Below, one piece after another: positions 1 to 8,904 of a stretch of 44,843 nucleotides of DNA. Every line of letters begins with the position of its first letter. The stretch's first letter is position 1. The notes below the pieces were generated by a model. The model was not told the DNA's origin and did not search any database. It saw only the letters and a program-made list of their open reading frames with translations. The stretch is from a virus. Its lineage: Duplodnaviria > Caudoviricetes. Location of the stretch: IMG/VR virus record IMGVR_UViG_3300020045_001341, positions 1-44,843 of that record; one strand, 5' to 3'. The position numbers were made by a program, and so were the translations under genes.

Positions 1-1756
1 AAACATGCTTAGACAGCTTGTCATATTTACACAATGCGATTAGGTCCTCCGCATGTGATAATGCATACACTATGTTCTGACTATTACTAGCACCTGCTGA
101 GACCCACTTACTACGATACACAGTCTGTGGCGCCTCTATGAATAGTGCCGTTGTCGTCTCTTCATCAAACCCCTTGTTGAAGATATAGAGGAGGTAGTTA
201 GCATACTCTTGCACTGCCTGCTCGTGCACATTACTCTGTAGTAGTGTAGCTAGTGCTAACCTGTCTTCAGTAGAGAGTGGCTCTGTTATACCATGGAAGT
301 GGGCAGGCTCTAGACAGAAGAACCGTCTATCTGATGCCGACAGCTTAAGGCGGTAATTAGTAGAGCCAGTTATCCCTACAGACACACGCTGTGATGTAAT
401 CCCGCCCCCCTTCATGTTCAGCTTCCTATACGAGTTAGTGTTCTGCTGCTTGATGTTACCATAAGTCGCTTCCCACTCTTTGGGTGACTGCTGGGGCATA
501 TCCTCTAAGCTTAGTATCTTTGTACTTGGGACGATATCTCCCCAACCACTGGTAACCGTCTTCACATCGGCTGCTGTAGCGGCAGTGCCTAACAAGAGTG
601 AGTACAGCTCTAATGTCGCCACACTCTTACCGGAGCCACCAAGCTCAGTAGCCAGGGCAGCTATCCACAATACCATAGTTGGTGATGCCTTCCCATATAC
701 TACTTGGGCAGAGTATGCAAGGTATAGAGGTAGGTAGTCCGGCCCTATAATACTATACAGTGTGCGGTATATGATATTACTATTGTCAAATGTAGAGCTT
801 GGCTCTGCCATCTGTATATACTCTGTTGGTGTATACAGATTAATTGTATGCCTATCATACTTTGTATCCAGTATGTATGCCGGCTCATAGGGACTGTTGA
901 TAGTGTACACTATCGGAACGTTGTCATCCCATCCTATAGTACGTCCCTCCTCATTAACTATATCACGCTCTGGATGTAATGCCTGTGCTGCCTTCTGCTC
1001 TAAGAAGTAGCTATTACCATGTGGTATCGGGTTTTGTGTAAGCTTAGACACCTCTATATAGAAGATGCGATTGCGCTCTATAACCCTAAAGATGGGGCTC
1101 GTTGTGCCAGCCTGTGCATTGAGGTGGTCCTGAAAGCGAGTAACATCATTCTCATAGTCATAGCGGAAGATGCTCTCATGTCGTGGCAGTGATGGTAGTA
1201 TGTTAAGGTCCAGGAGTTCACGAGAGCGGTTACTATTAGGCTCTCTCCCCCACATCCTAAGTAATTTGTCAAGTGTTGGGGTGGTGTGCTCATGGTAGTC
1301 TAATTCTGAGGTAGTGGTGAGCTTCACAGCCAGCTTATTAAATAGGTCATAACTGAGTGGGTAGCTGTCGATGGTGAGGTGACGCTTACTGTCTGGTTGG
1401 TACTCTGCCGGCATAACGCTCTTGAAGAAGGCATTCCACTGCTTACTTTTGTGTAGTTCATCAGCCAGAAACATCTTCACTACATTATACCGCTGTATAT
1501 TGCTCGTAAGCCCTAACTCTGTGTGCTTATGAGTTGCTGATGGGAGGTGCGATGTATGCTCTATTATAGCGTCATAAAGGTCTAATGGAAGTGGTAATAT
1601 GTCTCCCTTGTGAAGAGTGTTATAAGGGGAGAATGTATGGCCCTCGAATACTACTCCATACGTGAATACATCTATGGAGAGTTTATTAAGCTTTACTACA
1701 CGATTGGGGATATGCTCTGCTTGCTCTTGGGTGATGCACAGGCGATTAATGATACA
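1..1756 (-). CDS. Primase/SF3 (D5/DUF5906-like) helicase, partial at both ends
   Basis: Not in the ORF track because it runs off position 1. Manual translation is stop-free from 1756 to 1 (~585 codons). Walker A ELGGSGKS (~640-620), Walker B-like LSLED, motif [15 protein letters not shown]. Bounded upstream by TAG at 1759-1757 with no start codon or RBS; first in-frame ATG at 1474. Confidence 0.85.
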
Positions 1757-1762
1757 CTAGAT

Positions 1763-1960
1763 ATGATAGGTGATGTAGGGGCCTTCACTCTTGAGGAGAT
1801 AGGCCAAGTGCTTGGAGTCTCTAGAGAGCGTATACGACAGATAGAGCAGGCAGCGCTTAACAAGCTTAAGCATCCACGAGTGGGTAGAAGGTTGCAGGCA
1901 TATCTAGCTACTGTAGTTATAGATGAGTCACAGAATAATTATGGTTACAGGTCCCACTAG
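1763..1960 (+). CDS. Stand-alone sigma70 region 4-like HTH protein (start uncertain)
   Basis: [37 protein letters not shown] matches the RpoD region 4.2 signature. The track's 5' extension (1610-1745) is antisense to the primase gene. Confidence 0.85.
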   Translation: MIGDVGAFTLEEIGQVLGVSRERIRQIEQAALNKLKHPRVGRRLQAYLATVVIDESQNNYGYRSH

Positions 1961-1983
1961 TATATATTAAATTTAATTTAATT

Positions 1984-2005
1984 TTAAGATTAATTATGAT
2001 ATAAT
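1984..2005 (+). promoter_or_regulatory. Sigma70-type extended -10 promoter
   Basis: TTAAGA-N7-TGATATAAT followed by AAGGAG RBS and ATG 2031; the motif recurs elsewhere in the window. Confidence 0.8.
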
Positions 2006-2030
2006 ATATTATAAGAAAAGGAGATAGAGA

Positions 2031-2552
2031 ATGAAAACTTTAGAAGATATTTATGGACCATATATAACAGAAGAGTTGGTTACATCACTCTTAACTGCTT
2101 CAGAGCTTGGTAAGCCTGCGAGTGTTAAGGCGGCCACCCACTTTGTATACCTAGATACATTAGATGTGAGGGCTAGAAATGCGGCTAAGGCCTCTGAGTT
2201 TTGGGATAAATTAGGTACTATGTGTAAAGATTGGCTTAATAGGAGAGTTATAACATTAACCCTACAAGGCCCACCTAACCAGATGATAATGCTATTTAAT
2301 CGTACCGAGTTTATAGAGAATACAACTCTATACATTGTCAACAATGCCAGCTGTTATGCAAAGGCAATAGAAGAGATTGCAATTAAAGAAGATATGACAC
2401 AACGCCAAGTCGACGACATAGTTTATATACAAAATGGAAAGACTTACAAGAAAATGTTTTTAAAGAGTAAAGATTACAAAGTATTGACATCATACGACAT
2501 GGTTAAGCTTAATGAGCTTATATTACAACATTTTAATGTGGAGGCACAATAA
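2031..2552 (+). CDS. Hypothetical protein
   Basis: 173 aa ORF, strong RBS, TAATG overlap with the next gene. Confidence 0.8.
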   Translation: MKTLEDIYGPYITEELVTSLLTASELGKPASVKAATHFVYLDTLDVRARNAAKASEFWDKLGTMCKDWLNRRVITLTLQGPPNQMIMLFNRTEFIENTTLYIVNNASCYAKAIEEIAIKEDMTQRQVDDIVYIQNGKTYKKMFLKSKDYKVLTSYDMVKLNELILQHFNVEAQ

Positions 2553-3025
2553 TGCAAATATTTGTAGTAGACCCTAACCCAGCTAAATGTGCTCAATATT
2601 TAGACGATAAACGCGTAGTTAAAATGGTGCTAGAAACTTGCCAGTTGTTAAACAATGCAACAGCTATACTTCATAAAGTCCCTGGTGGTGCTATACCTTA
2701 TAAGCTTACTCACATGCACCACCCTTGCACACTATGGGCTGCTGAGTGTCAAGCTAACTATGACTGGCTAGTTGAATACTTTGACTTTCTATGTTATGAG
2801 TATGAGCTGAGATACCAACGAGAGCACAAGTGTAGGCAGTATTTAGCTAACTTCCAAGAGTATACAGACTTTTATGTACTAAATATGGCAGATGAAATAG
2901 AGTTCGTCAACTGTACAACAAATCATAAGCACATAGATAATGTGTTTGAGACATACAAAGCGGAGCTCAATCTTAAATGGGCCAACGATATACGAACACC
3001 TACATGGTATGGAGTAGCAAGATGA
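2552..3025 (+). CDS. Pyrimidine-dimer DNA glycosylase/endonuclease V family protein
   Basis: MQIFVVD.NP...AQ.LDDKRVVKMVLETCQLL, THMHHPCTLWA and LCYEYELRY..EHKC motifs. Confidence 0.8.
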   Translation: MQIFVVDPNPAKCAQYLDDKRVVKMVLETCQLLNNATAILHKVPGGAIPYKLTHMHHPCTLWAAECQANYDWLVEYFDFLCYEYELRYQREHKCRQYLANFQEYTDFYVLNMADEIEFVNCTTNHKHIDNVFETYKAELNLKWANDIRTPTWYGVAR

Positions 3026-3720
3026 GAGTTTATACACAAGAAGACGTTAATAACTTCAAAGTTATTAACAACATTAAACAGTGCCCCATAGGAGATTATT
3101 CAAATATTGGTAGCTTTGGTAAGAACTGTAGCTTTGGTGAGTACTGTAGCTTTGGTAAGAACTGTAGCTTTGTTAAGAACTGTAGCTTTGGTAAGAACTG
3201 TAGCTTTGGTGAGTACTGTAGCTTTGGTGAGAACTGTAGCTTTGGTGAGTACTGTAGCTTTGGTGAGTACTGTAGCTTTGGTGAGTACTGTAGCTTTGGT
3301 GAGTACTGTAGCTTTGGTAAGAGCTGTAGCTTTGGTAAGTACTGTAGCTTTGGTGAGAACTGTAGCTTTGGTGAGAACTGTAGCTTTGGTAAGAACTGTA
3401 GCTTTGGTAAGTACTGTAGCTTTGGTAAGTACTGTAGCTTTGGTGAGAACTGTAGCTTTGGTGAGAACTGTAGCTTTGGTGAGAACTGTAGCTTTGAGTG
3501 TCTAGGAAAAGGCTCACAAATATTACAAATTACAGCAGGTTCTAGTATGAGAACTTCTATTGCCTATAACCTTGATACAGGTATATTTATTAGAAGTGGT
3601 TGTTTCATGGGCACCTTAGAAGAGTTTAAAGCCAAGGTAATTAAAACACATTGTGATAACAACCATGCTAAGGCTTATTTACTTTGGTGTCAGATAATAG
3701 AAATATACTTTAAGGAGTAG
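3022..3720 (+). CDS. Hexapeptide-repeat (beta-helix-like) protein with C-terminal GCFxGTLEEF domain
   Basis: 21 SF(G/V)(E/K)(N/Y/S)C repeats. Start moved to ATG 3022 (GGAG RBS, ATGA overlap). Confidence 0.8.
   Translation: MRVYTQEDVNNFKVINNIKQCPIGDYSNIGSFGKNCSFGEYCSFGKNCSFVKNCSFGKNCSFGEYCSFGENCSFGEYCSFGEYCSFGEYCSFGEYCSFGKSCSFGKYCSFGENCSFGENCSFGKNCSFGKYCSFGKYCSFGENCSFGENCSFGENCSFECLGKGSQILQITAGSSMRTSIAYNLDTGIFIRSGCFMGTLEEFKAKVIKTHCDNNHAKAYLLWCQIIEIYFKE
3112..3496 (+). repeat. 18-bp coding tandem repeat, 21 full copies plus a partial copy
   Basis: Unit AGCTTTGGT(G/A)AG(A/T)ACTGT; two single-copy variants (GTT, AGC). Confidence 0.97.
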
Positions 3721-3724
3721 CAAG

Positions 3725-3838
3725 ATGAGACTAAGTAGACTTAAGTGTATTAAATACACATTGGCAAGATTATGGTTTGTTTATACAACAAGAATAGCAA
3801 TTAAATTTGAAAGAAAAATACTCAGGGAGACAAGATGA
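3725..3838 (+). CDS. Small basic hypothetical protein (37 aa)
   Basis: AAGGAG RBS, MRLSRLKCIKYTLARLWFVY..., ATGA overlap with 3835. Confidence 0.55.
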   Translation: MRLSRLKCIKYTLARLWFVYTTRIAIKFERKILRETR

Positions 3839-4053
3839 GAACAACAGTTGAAGGCACAGAGCTTTGGGGATTAGATGAAGTTGCAGACTCTAAATTGAGT
3901 GATAACGACACATTTAGAATTACTGTAGGTATGGCTAGACAGCTTAAGAAACGCTTTGATAAACTTAAGGTAAATAATCAGAACCTTAAGTTAGCTAATG
4001 AGGTCTTGCTCTCACAAGTTAAAGAAGATAATAGGTTCATAGCTTACGCATGA
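3835..4053 (+). CDS. Hypothetical protein
   Basis: GGAG RBS; overlapping start/stop chain. Confidence 0.7.
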   Translation: MRTTVEGTELWGLDEVADSKLSDNDTFRITVGMARQLKKRFDKLKVNNQNLKLANEVLLSQVKEDNRFIAYA

Positions 4054-4448
4054 AAAAGATATACTACGAGGTACGACGGTTTGAAGGCAAGATAGTTGAG
4101 TTTGCTAAATACCTTGTTGAACAAGGTATTTATGCCACTGAGACATCAGCTAAAGATGCTTTAAGGCATAATACTAGAGCTATACCAGAGGTAGATGCTG
4201 CTTATGCTGAGTGGAAGCCAGGAAGGTTAAGGACCAAAGATATGAGTAAGCATATAGCTAAAGTAGCAGAAGTATTCCAAGAAATTAAAACACGAACTGT
4301 TAAAGCAGAGTGTGAGAGTATAGTTGAGGTGTTAGAGGAAGCCCTTAAAGAGCTTACACTAGCTATAAAGAAGCAAGACTTAGGTAGACTACCTGAAGTC
4401 AAATCAATGCTTGAGGAGGCCTTATATGGGAGTAAAATTAACAGCTAG
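4050..4448 (+). CDS. Hypothetical protein
   Basis: 132 aa, ATGA-coupled. Confidence 0.7.
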   Translation: MKKIYYEVRRFEGKIVEFAKYLVEQGIYATETSAKDALRHNTRAIPEVDAAYAEWKPGRLRTKDMSKHIAKVAEVFQEIKTRTVKAECESIVEVLEEALKELTLAIKKQDLGRLPEVKSMLEEALYGSKINS

Positions 4449-4656
4449 GGATTTTAGATTATTAGGAAGTTATAAGACTAAAAATGGTATTATAGTAGTA
4501 ACAGTTTGGTACAGATATGGCCTACTTGGTATACTTTATGAAACCATAGAGGTATATCTATTCCCATCTGGCACATGGTATTACAACACTGGTAATAAGA
4601 TAAAACACTTACCTTTTAAATCTTATCTAAATGATATGAAGGAGTTTATATGCTAA
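4426..4656 (+). CDS. Hypothetical protein
   Basis: GAGGAGG RBS before ATG 4426. Confidence 0.6.
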   Translation: MGVKLTARDFRLLGSYKTKNGIIVVTVWYRYGLLGILYETIEVYLFPSGTWYYNTGNKIKHLPFKSYLNDMKEFIC

Positions 4657-4883
4657 GATGGACTGAGAGTTATGGTGAAGATATAGATGGCAATAGAGGT
4701 ATAAAAAGAACTTGTTATGAGATTGAAGAGTCAGATGTAGAAGCCATCAAGGAGCAGGTAGCTGAATACTTATCTAGTCTTAATGAAGATGAAGACAGAG
4801 ATACAGAGTTGGACATAGTCCTGATAGACCCCATAAGCGAAGTAGATGTATACTTCACAATTAAAATAAAGGATTATTTATGA
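4650..4883 (+). CDS. Acidic hypothetical protein
   Basis: AAGGAG RBS; D/E-rich 77 aa. Confidence 0.7.
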   Translation: MLRWTESYGEDIDGNRGIKRTCYEIEESDVEAIKEQVAEYLSSLNEDEDRDTELDIVLIDPISEVDVYFTIKIKDYL

Positions 4884-5425
4884 GAACTAAACAAGAGATA
4901 GAGAAAGAAATGGCTGAGATTGCTCCATACTTACCAACAAGCGAAAGTGCACAACAAAGATACAAAGAGTTATTGCTAGAAGAGCACGATGTTGTAAAAG
5001 ATGTTATAGTGTATAGACTTTCATGTCAGTACAGAGATAGTAGTACATCTACATTTAACTCAAAGTTATACACATTTAGTGCTTATGAACCACATATACC
5101 AGGTGAACTAGTTGTAGTAAAAGATAGATATGGTTACTCACTAGTTAAAGTAGTATTATGTGAAATGAGTACTGTTCTTAAGAGCTATAGTTGTGTAGTA
5201 GACATTAATGAAGTTAATGAAAATGCTAAACTTGCTTATAAAAGAGAGCAAATGCAAAACAAGATTAGAGAGGCATTAATAATTGACATTGAAAAGAATG
5301 CATTTGAGAGATTAGCAGCATCACATCCAGAGTTAAAAGAAACACTTGACGAGTTTAAACAATTAGGTGGCTCATATACTGAGCTTATGCCTTCTATTAA
5401 AAACTTAATAGGAGATATCAAATGA
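4880..5425 (+). CDS. Hypothetical protein
   Basis: 181 aa, RBS, ATGA overlaps on both sides. Confidence 0.75.
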   Translation: MRTKQEIEKEMAEIAPYLPTSESAQQRYKELLLEEHDVVKDVIVYRLSCQYRDSSTSTFNSKLYTFSAYEPHIPGELVVVKDRYGYSLVKVVLCEMSTVLKSYSCVVDINEVNENAKLAYKREQMQNKIREALIIDIEKNAFERLAASHPELKETLDEFKQLGGSYTELMPSIKNLIGDIK

Positions 5426-5796
5426 GTTGGTTAAACAAATGGTTCACAGTAAAAGATGATGAAAAAGTAAATAGGCTTGAGGTAGAGTTAGCACAACTAA
5501 AAGAAGAGGTTAGTCAAGCCTTTATGGACAATGAGTTAGCACATAAAGCAATGCGTAGTAAGCTTAATGAGTCAGCTGGATGTAAAATGTCAGACCTACA
5601 CCCTAAAGCTCCAAATGTCAATGACCCTTATCCATATTCACCATATATGTATAATGATTGTAATACAAGAGAGTTTTATGATGCTTTATCTAGTGTGCGA
5701 CTAACTCCAGAAGAGTTTAATACACAAACAAGTGAGAGAGTAGGACACGAACATAAAGTTACAATGCTAGACCATGATAGTTCAATGGGAGAATGA
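5422..5796 (+). CDS. Hypothetical protein
   Basis: AGGAG RBS, 124 aa. Confidence 0.7.
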   Translation: MSWLNKWFTVKDDEKVNRLEVELAQLKEEVSQAFMDNELAHKAMRSKLNESAGCKMSDLHPKAPNVNDPYPYSPYMYNDCNTREFYDALSSVRLTPEEFNTQTSERVGHEHKVTMLDHDSSMGE

Positions 5797-5797
5797 G

Positions 5798-6103
5798 ATG
5801 ACAATAGATGAAATGCTTAAAGTAATGCAGTACTACAAAGATGGGGGTGAGATTGAGTTTAAATGTAAAGAAGATGGAGAATGGATAAAAGATAGAAATC
5901 CAATTTGGAATTTTAATGACTTCTCCTACCGTATAAAAGAGAGTCCAAAGACCAAGATAGTGTATGAATGGATGATGCCTCACCCGCATGACTATGAAGA
6001 TTACTATTTCTTTGCTGGAACAGAGGAAACATTAAAACTAAGGGAAGATTGGGAAAAGGCTATTAAAACAGGTAGACAATGGGAAGTAAATGATGTGTCT
6101 TAG
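5798..6103 (+). CDS. Hypothetical phage protein (P.WNF....YRIK motif)
   Basis: GGAG RBS before ATG 5798; KVMQYYKDGGEIE...PIWNFNDFSYRIK is a common small-phage-protein pattern. Confidence 0.7.
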   Translation: MTIDEMLKVMQYYKDGGEIEFKCKEDGEWIKDRNPIWNFNDFSYRIKESPKTKIVYEWMMPHPHDYEDYYFFAGTEETLKLREDWEKAIKTGRQWEVNDVS

Positions 6104-6245
6104 CTTATTACTCACAGCCCAGATGCTGTTTGCAGATGCTTCAGCACACCATGAAGCAGGTAGGTACATATCAGAAGAGATGGAGGTTCAAAGAGCCTCT
6201 TGGTATATGAGAAAATATAGGCTTTGTATAAAGGAGATTAAGTAA
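6090..6245 (+). CDS. Small hypothetical protein (51 aa)
   Basis: Fills the gap; TAATG overlap with 6245. Confidence 0.5.
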   Translation: MMCLSLLLTAQMLFADASAHHEAGRYISEEMEVQRASWYMRKYRLCIKEIK

Positions 6246-6781
6246 TGTATAGAACTTTTATCATAGTAGCGGGCCTTGTAATAGTATTTATAAGTCTAAC
6301 TACTTGGAGTCATTTAGACTTAACCAAAAAAGTTAAGATACTAAAAGAGCAAAACAATGCTTTTATAGAGCAGTTAGGTACTGAACGACAAATAAATGAA
6401 GACCTATATCAAGAAAACAAAGCATTGGCAAATGAGGTAGTGCTTAGACAAGACATTACATCACTTATAGTTGATGCAGCTAGAAGCTACAATATAGAGC
6501 CAATGTTATTAGCTAAACTGATTAAGTCTGAGTCAAACTTTAGACCTAATGTTAAACACTCATTACCTAATATTGTAGGGCCTGTTGGAATTAATACTAA
6601 AGCGTGGAAAGATACAAAGCACAACCCACATAGTTATGTAGGTAACATATACACAGGTGCTGAAATACTTAGTTTCTACCTAGAAGACTCAGATAGTCTT
6701 ACTATGGCATTAACCAGATATAAAGGACTATCCCCACTTGGCTTGAGGCAAGCTAAAGAAATTGTAAAGGATATTAAATGA
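6245..6781 (+). CDS. Membrane-anchored SLT-like lytic transglycosylase
   Basis: N-terminal hydrophobic helix and coiled coil, then AARSYNIEP.LLAKLIKSESNF (catalytic Glu), NIYTGAEIL..Y and ALTRY. Confidence 0.75.
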   Translation: MYRTFIIVAGLVIVFISLTTWSHLDLTKKVKILKEQNNAFIEQLGTERQINEDLYQENKALANEVVLRQDITSLIVDAARSYNIEPMLLAKLIKSESNFRPNVKHSLPNIVGPVGINTKAWKDTKHNPHSYVGNIYTGAEILSFYLEDSDSLTMALTRYKGLSPLGLRQAKEIVKDIK

Positions 6782-6924
6782 TTAAGAAGTACAAAATAGT
6801 CCTGGCAGATAGCCTAGGCCTACTGACTACTAGGGTAACTAGGTCTTTAGATGAAGGGTGGACTCCTCAAGGTGGAGTAGTCTTTGCAAACCAAAACTAT
6901 TTACAAGCTATGGTAAGGAGTTAA
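6778..6924 (+). CDS. DUF1737-like small protein (48 aa)
   Basis: Y.IV...V...LDEGWTPQGGV.....YLQAMV motif; ATGA overlap. Confidence 0.65.
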   Translation: MIKKYKIVLADSLGLLTTRVTRSLDEGWTPQGGVVFANQNYLQAMVRS

Positions 6925-6925
6925 G

Positions 6926-7481
6926 ATGAATACACACATTATGTTAGATATAGAAACACTTGGTACTGGCAGTTATTCATTAGTATTAAGTATTGGTGCA
7001 GTAGAGTTTAGCTTATCAGGTGAAACATTTAGACAGTTTTCAATTAATCTACCTATACTTGAGCAGATTATCAATCCTACTGTAGAAGTAGATATGGAAA
7101 CTATTAAGTGGTGAAAGTCTCAATCAGAAGAGGCTAAGAAAGCTCTATTAAGTAAAAAGACTAGCAAAACAGTATTAGCAGGTCTGATGGAATTTTATGA
7201 CTTTATTAAGTGTTTTGAAAACCCAGTAATTTGGGGGTAATGGCTGTACATTTGATAATGTTATCATGCGTAATTTATTTAAAAGCTTTAATCTTCAGTT
7301 TCCAACAGCATACTATACAGATATGGATGTAAGAACTATAATTCAGTTAACTGGACATGAAAGGGTTAAAGAGTTGACAGGTAAGTTTACCGGCACTAAA
7401 CATGATGCAATAGCTGACTGTTTATACCAAGTAAAGTTAGTGTCTAATAGCTATTCATTATTAAAAGGAGAGTTAAAATGA
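6926..7481 (+). pseudogene. DEDD 3'-5' exonuclease (Rv2179c/exonuclease VIII-like), disrupted
   Basis: MLDIETLG, TIKW*, IWGNG..FDNVI, DVRT and HDAIADC motifs are collinear. In-frame TGA at 7112-7114 and one extra G in GGGGG at 7233-7237. Confidence 0.85.
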
Positions 7482-7711
7482 TTGTAGAACTATTTGAAAA
7501 ACATGATGCTTTGTACATTAAAGGTATTGATGGTGTGGACTGGCATGTATGCTCAAAGGGTATTGGAGATAATTTTGTAGAGTTTACAGATAATAGAGTA
7601 CACGGTACTGTTATACCAAATGCACTAGAGCCACAAGAGATTGTTGAGCTTAGCAAGTCAGGTATTAGAGCAGATGAACTTATTAGACTAAGACAAGCAG
7701 GAGTGTTATAA
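7478..7711 (+). CDS. Hypothetical protein
   Basis: AGGAG RBS, overlap chain. Confidence 0.7.
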   Translation: MIVELFEKHDALYIKGIDGVDWHVCSKGIGDNFVEFTDNRVHGTVIPNALEPQEIVELSKSGIRADELIRLRQAGVL

Positions 7712-7965
7712 TGAGCGTAGTATATACAACAACTGCTAAAGAGTTTAATACATTGCTTAATGATGCTAACAACTATACATTGTCACAAAGTATAATATCT
7801 GAACTTCAGGACAACAATCGTATGCTTAAACAACAGTTAGCATCTATTGGTAGGCATGTGTATGAGACAGATGGTAGATATGGGGTTTGGAGTACAGCTA
7901 GTGATAGGGCAGACTCAAATGACTCCTTAAAATATGCAAAGTCATTAAGTGAAAGCATCTTGTAA
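7711..7965 (+). CDS. Hypothetical protein
   Basis: AGGAG RBS, TAATG overlap. Confidence 0.65.
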   Translation: MSVVYTTTAKEFNTLLNDANNYTLSQSIISELQDNNRMLKQQLASIGRHVYETDGRYGVWSTASDRADSNDSLKYAKSLSESIL

Positions 7966-8152
7966 AATATGCTCAAAGATCTATACAAAGGTTAATAAGT
8001 CTGTATGTTGTTCTGATAAGTGTAGGCTTGAGAATAAACGACAAAGCCGTAGAAGGTCTTGGTGTAGACATAAACCAGATAGATATACTGAGTGGGTACG
8101 ATTAAAACTATGGAGGATTAAGCAGAAATGGATAAACAAATTATCACAATAA
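7949..8152 (+). CDS. Small basic Cys-rich (putative Zn-finger) protein
   Basis: CKIC...CCSDKC, K/R-rich; GTG start. Confidence 0.55.
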   Translation: MKASCKICSKIYTKVNKSVCCSDKCRLENKRQSRRRSWCRHKPDRYTEWVRLKLWRIKQKWINKLSQ

Positions 8153-8274
8153 AGTTAGACTTGAAACTATTTGAAAAGTTAAACGAGTTAAAGGTGGGTG
8201 ATACACTTACAACAGAATGGCTATTCACCAATCAATATGGTGAGGCAATAACCGTTCAATTTATAAAGGAGTAA
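8128..8274 (+). CDS. Small hypothetical protein (48 aa)
   Basis: GGAGG upstream; fills the gap before dUTPase. Confidence 0.55.
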   Translation: MDKQIITIKLDLKLFEKLNELKVGDTLTTEWLFTNQYGEAITVQFIKE

Positions 8275-8276
8275 AA

Positions 8277-8765
8277 ATGAAGATAAAAAGGTTACACGAA
8301 AAGGCATTACTTCCTCGTTATTCAACAGAAGGTGCATCAGCATTTGACTTGTTTTGTTATGAAGATGTACAGTGGAAAGAGTCTACTACGCAAGTGAGAA
8401 AGTTTACAGATACTCCAGATGAGTATGAAGTGGTAAAATGCCATACTGCTCTTGTACATACTGGGTGGTCTATGGAGATACCTCACGAGTGTGGGCTATT
8501 TATCCTTAGTAGAAGTGGTCATGGTTTTAATCATACTACTACATTAGTAAATAGTGTTGGGCTTTTAGACTATGATTATCGAGGTGAGGCAATGGTTAAG
8601 CTTGTATGCTTTGATAACACTCCTCCAGTTATAGAGGCTGGTAAAGCAGTTGCACAGTGTGTGTTAATGAGTACACCTAAATGTTACTTTATGGTTAGTG
8701 ATGAACTAAGCGAAACACAAAGGAATGAAAATGGCTTCGGAAGTACAGACAAAAATAGTAATTGA
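8277..8765 (+). CDS. dut: Trimeric dUTPase
   Basis: All five motifs: AFDL, SRSG, GLLDYDYRGE, VAQ, RNENGFGST. Confidence 0.93.
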   Translation: MKIKRLHEKALLPRYSTEGASAFDLFCYEDVQWKESTTQVRKFTDTPDEYEVVKCHTALVHTGWSMEIPHECGLFILSRSGHGFNHTTTLVNSVGLLDYDYRGEAMVKLVCFDNTPPVIEAGKAVAQCVLMSTPKCYFMVSDELSETQRNENGFGSTDKNSN

Positions 8766-8904
8766 AAAATGGCTATGTTCACACGAAGAGGATAGAAACA
8801 GGTATATTGTAATAGAAGCAACACGAGAGTATATGGATAGATTTCACATACCTTCGTATCGTATACAATTACTTAAGTCTTATGAGGTAATACTCAATGG
8901 ATGA
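8731..8904 (+). CDS. Small hypothetical protein (57 aa)
   Basis: AAGGA RBS, MASEVQTKIVIEKWL...; fills the gap. Confidence 0.5.
   Translation: MASEVQTKIVIEKWLCSHEEDRNRYIVIEATREYMDRFHIPSYRIQLLKSYEVILNG

Noticed and set aside
480-1745. ORFs 480-737, 1078-1293 and the 5' part of 1610-1960
   Set aside because: They are antisense or off-frame shadows of the long minus-strand primase-helicase frame.
3112-3496. CRISPR array or DGR variable/template repeat
   Set aside because: Contiguous 18-bp in-frame repeats with no unique spacers; no cas or reverse transcriptase gene. The overlapping ORFs 3107-3505 (+) and 3173-3517 (-) are by-products of the repeat.
7112-7114. Alternative genetic code (TGA=Trp or other stop recoding)
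   Set aside because: TGA, TAG and TAA all end well-supported genes (many ATGA overlaps). The interruptions involve different codons plus a frameshift, and no suppressor tRNA was seen.
7233-7237. Campylobacter-style poly-G phase variation
   Set aside because: G5 is shorter than typical hypermutable tracts, and an upstream nonsense codon would keep the gene off anyway.
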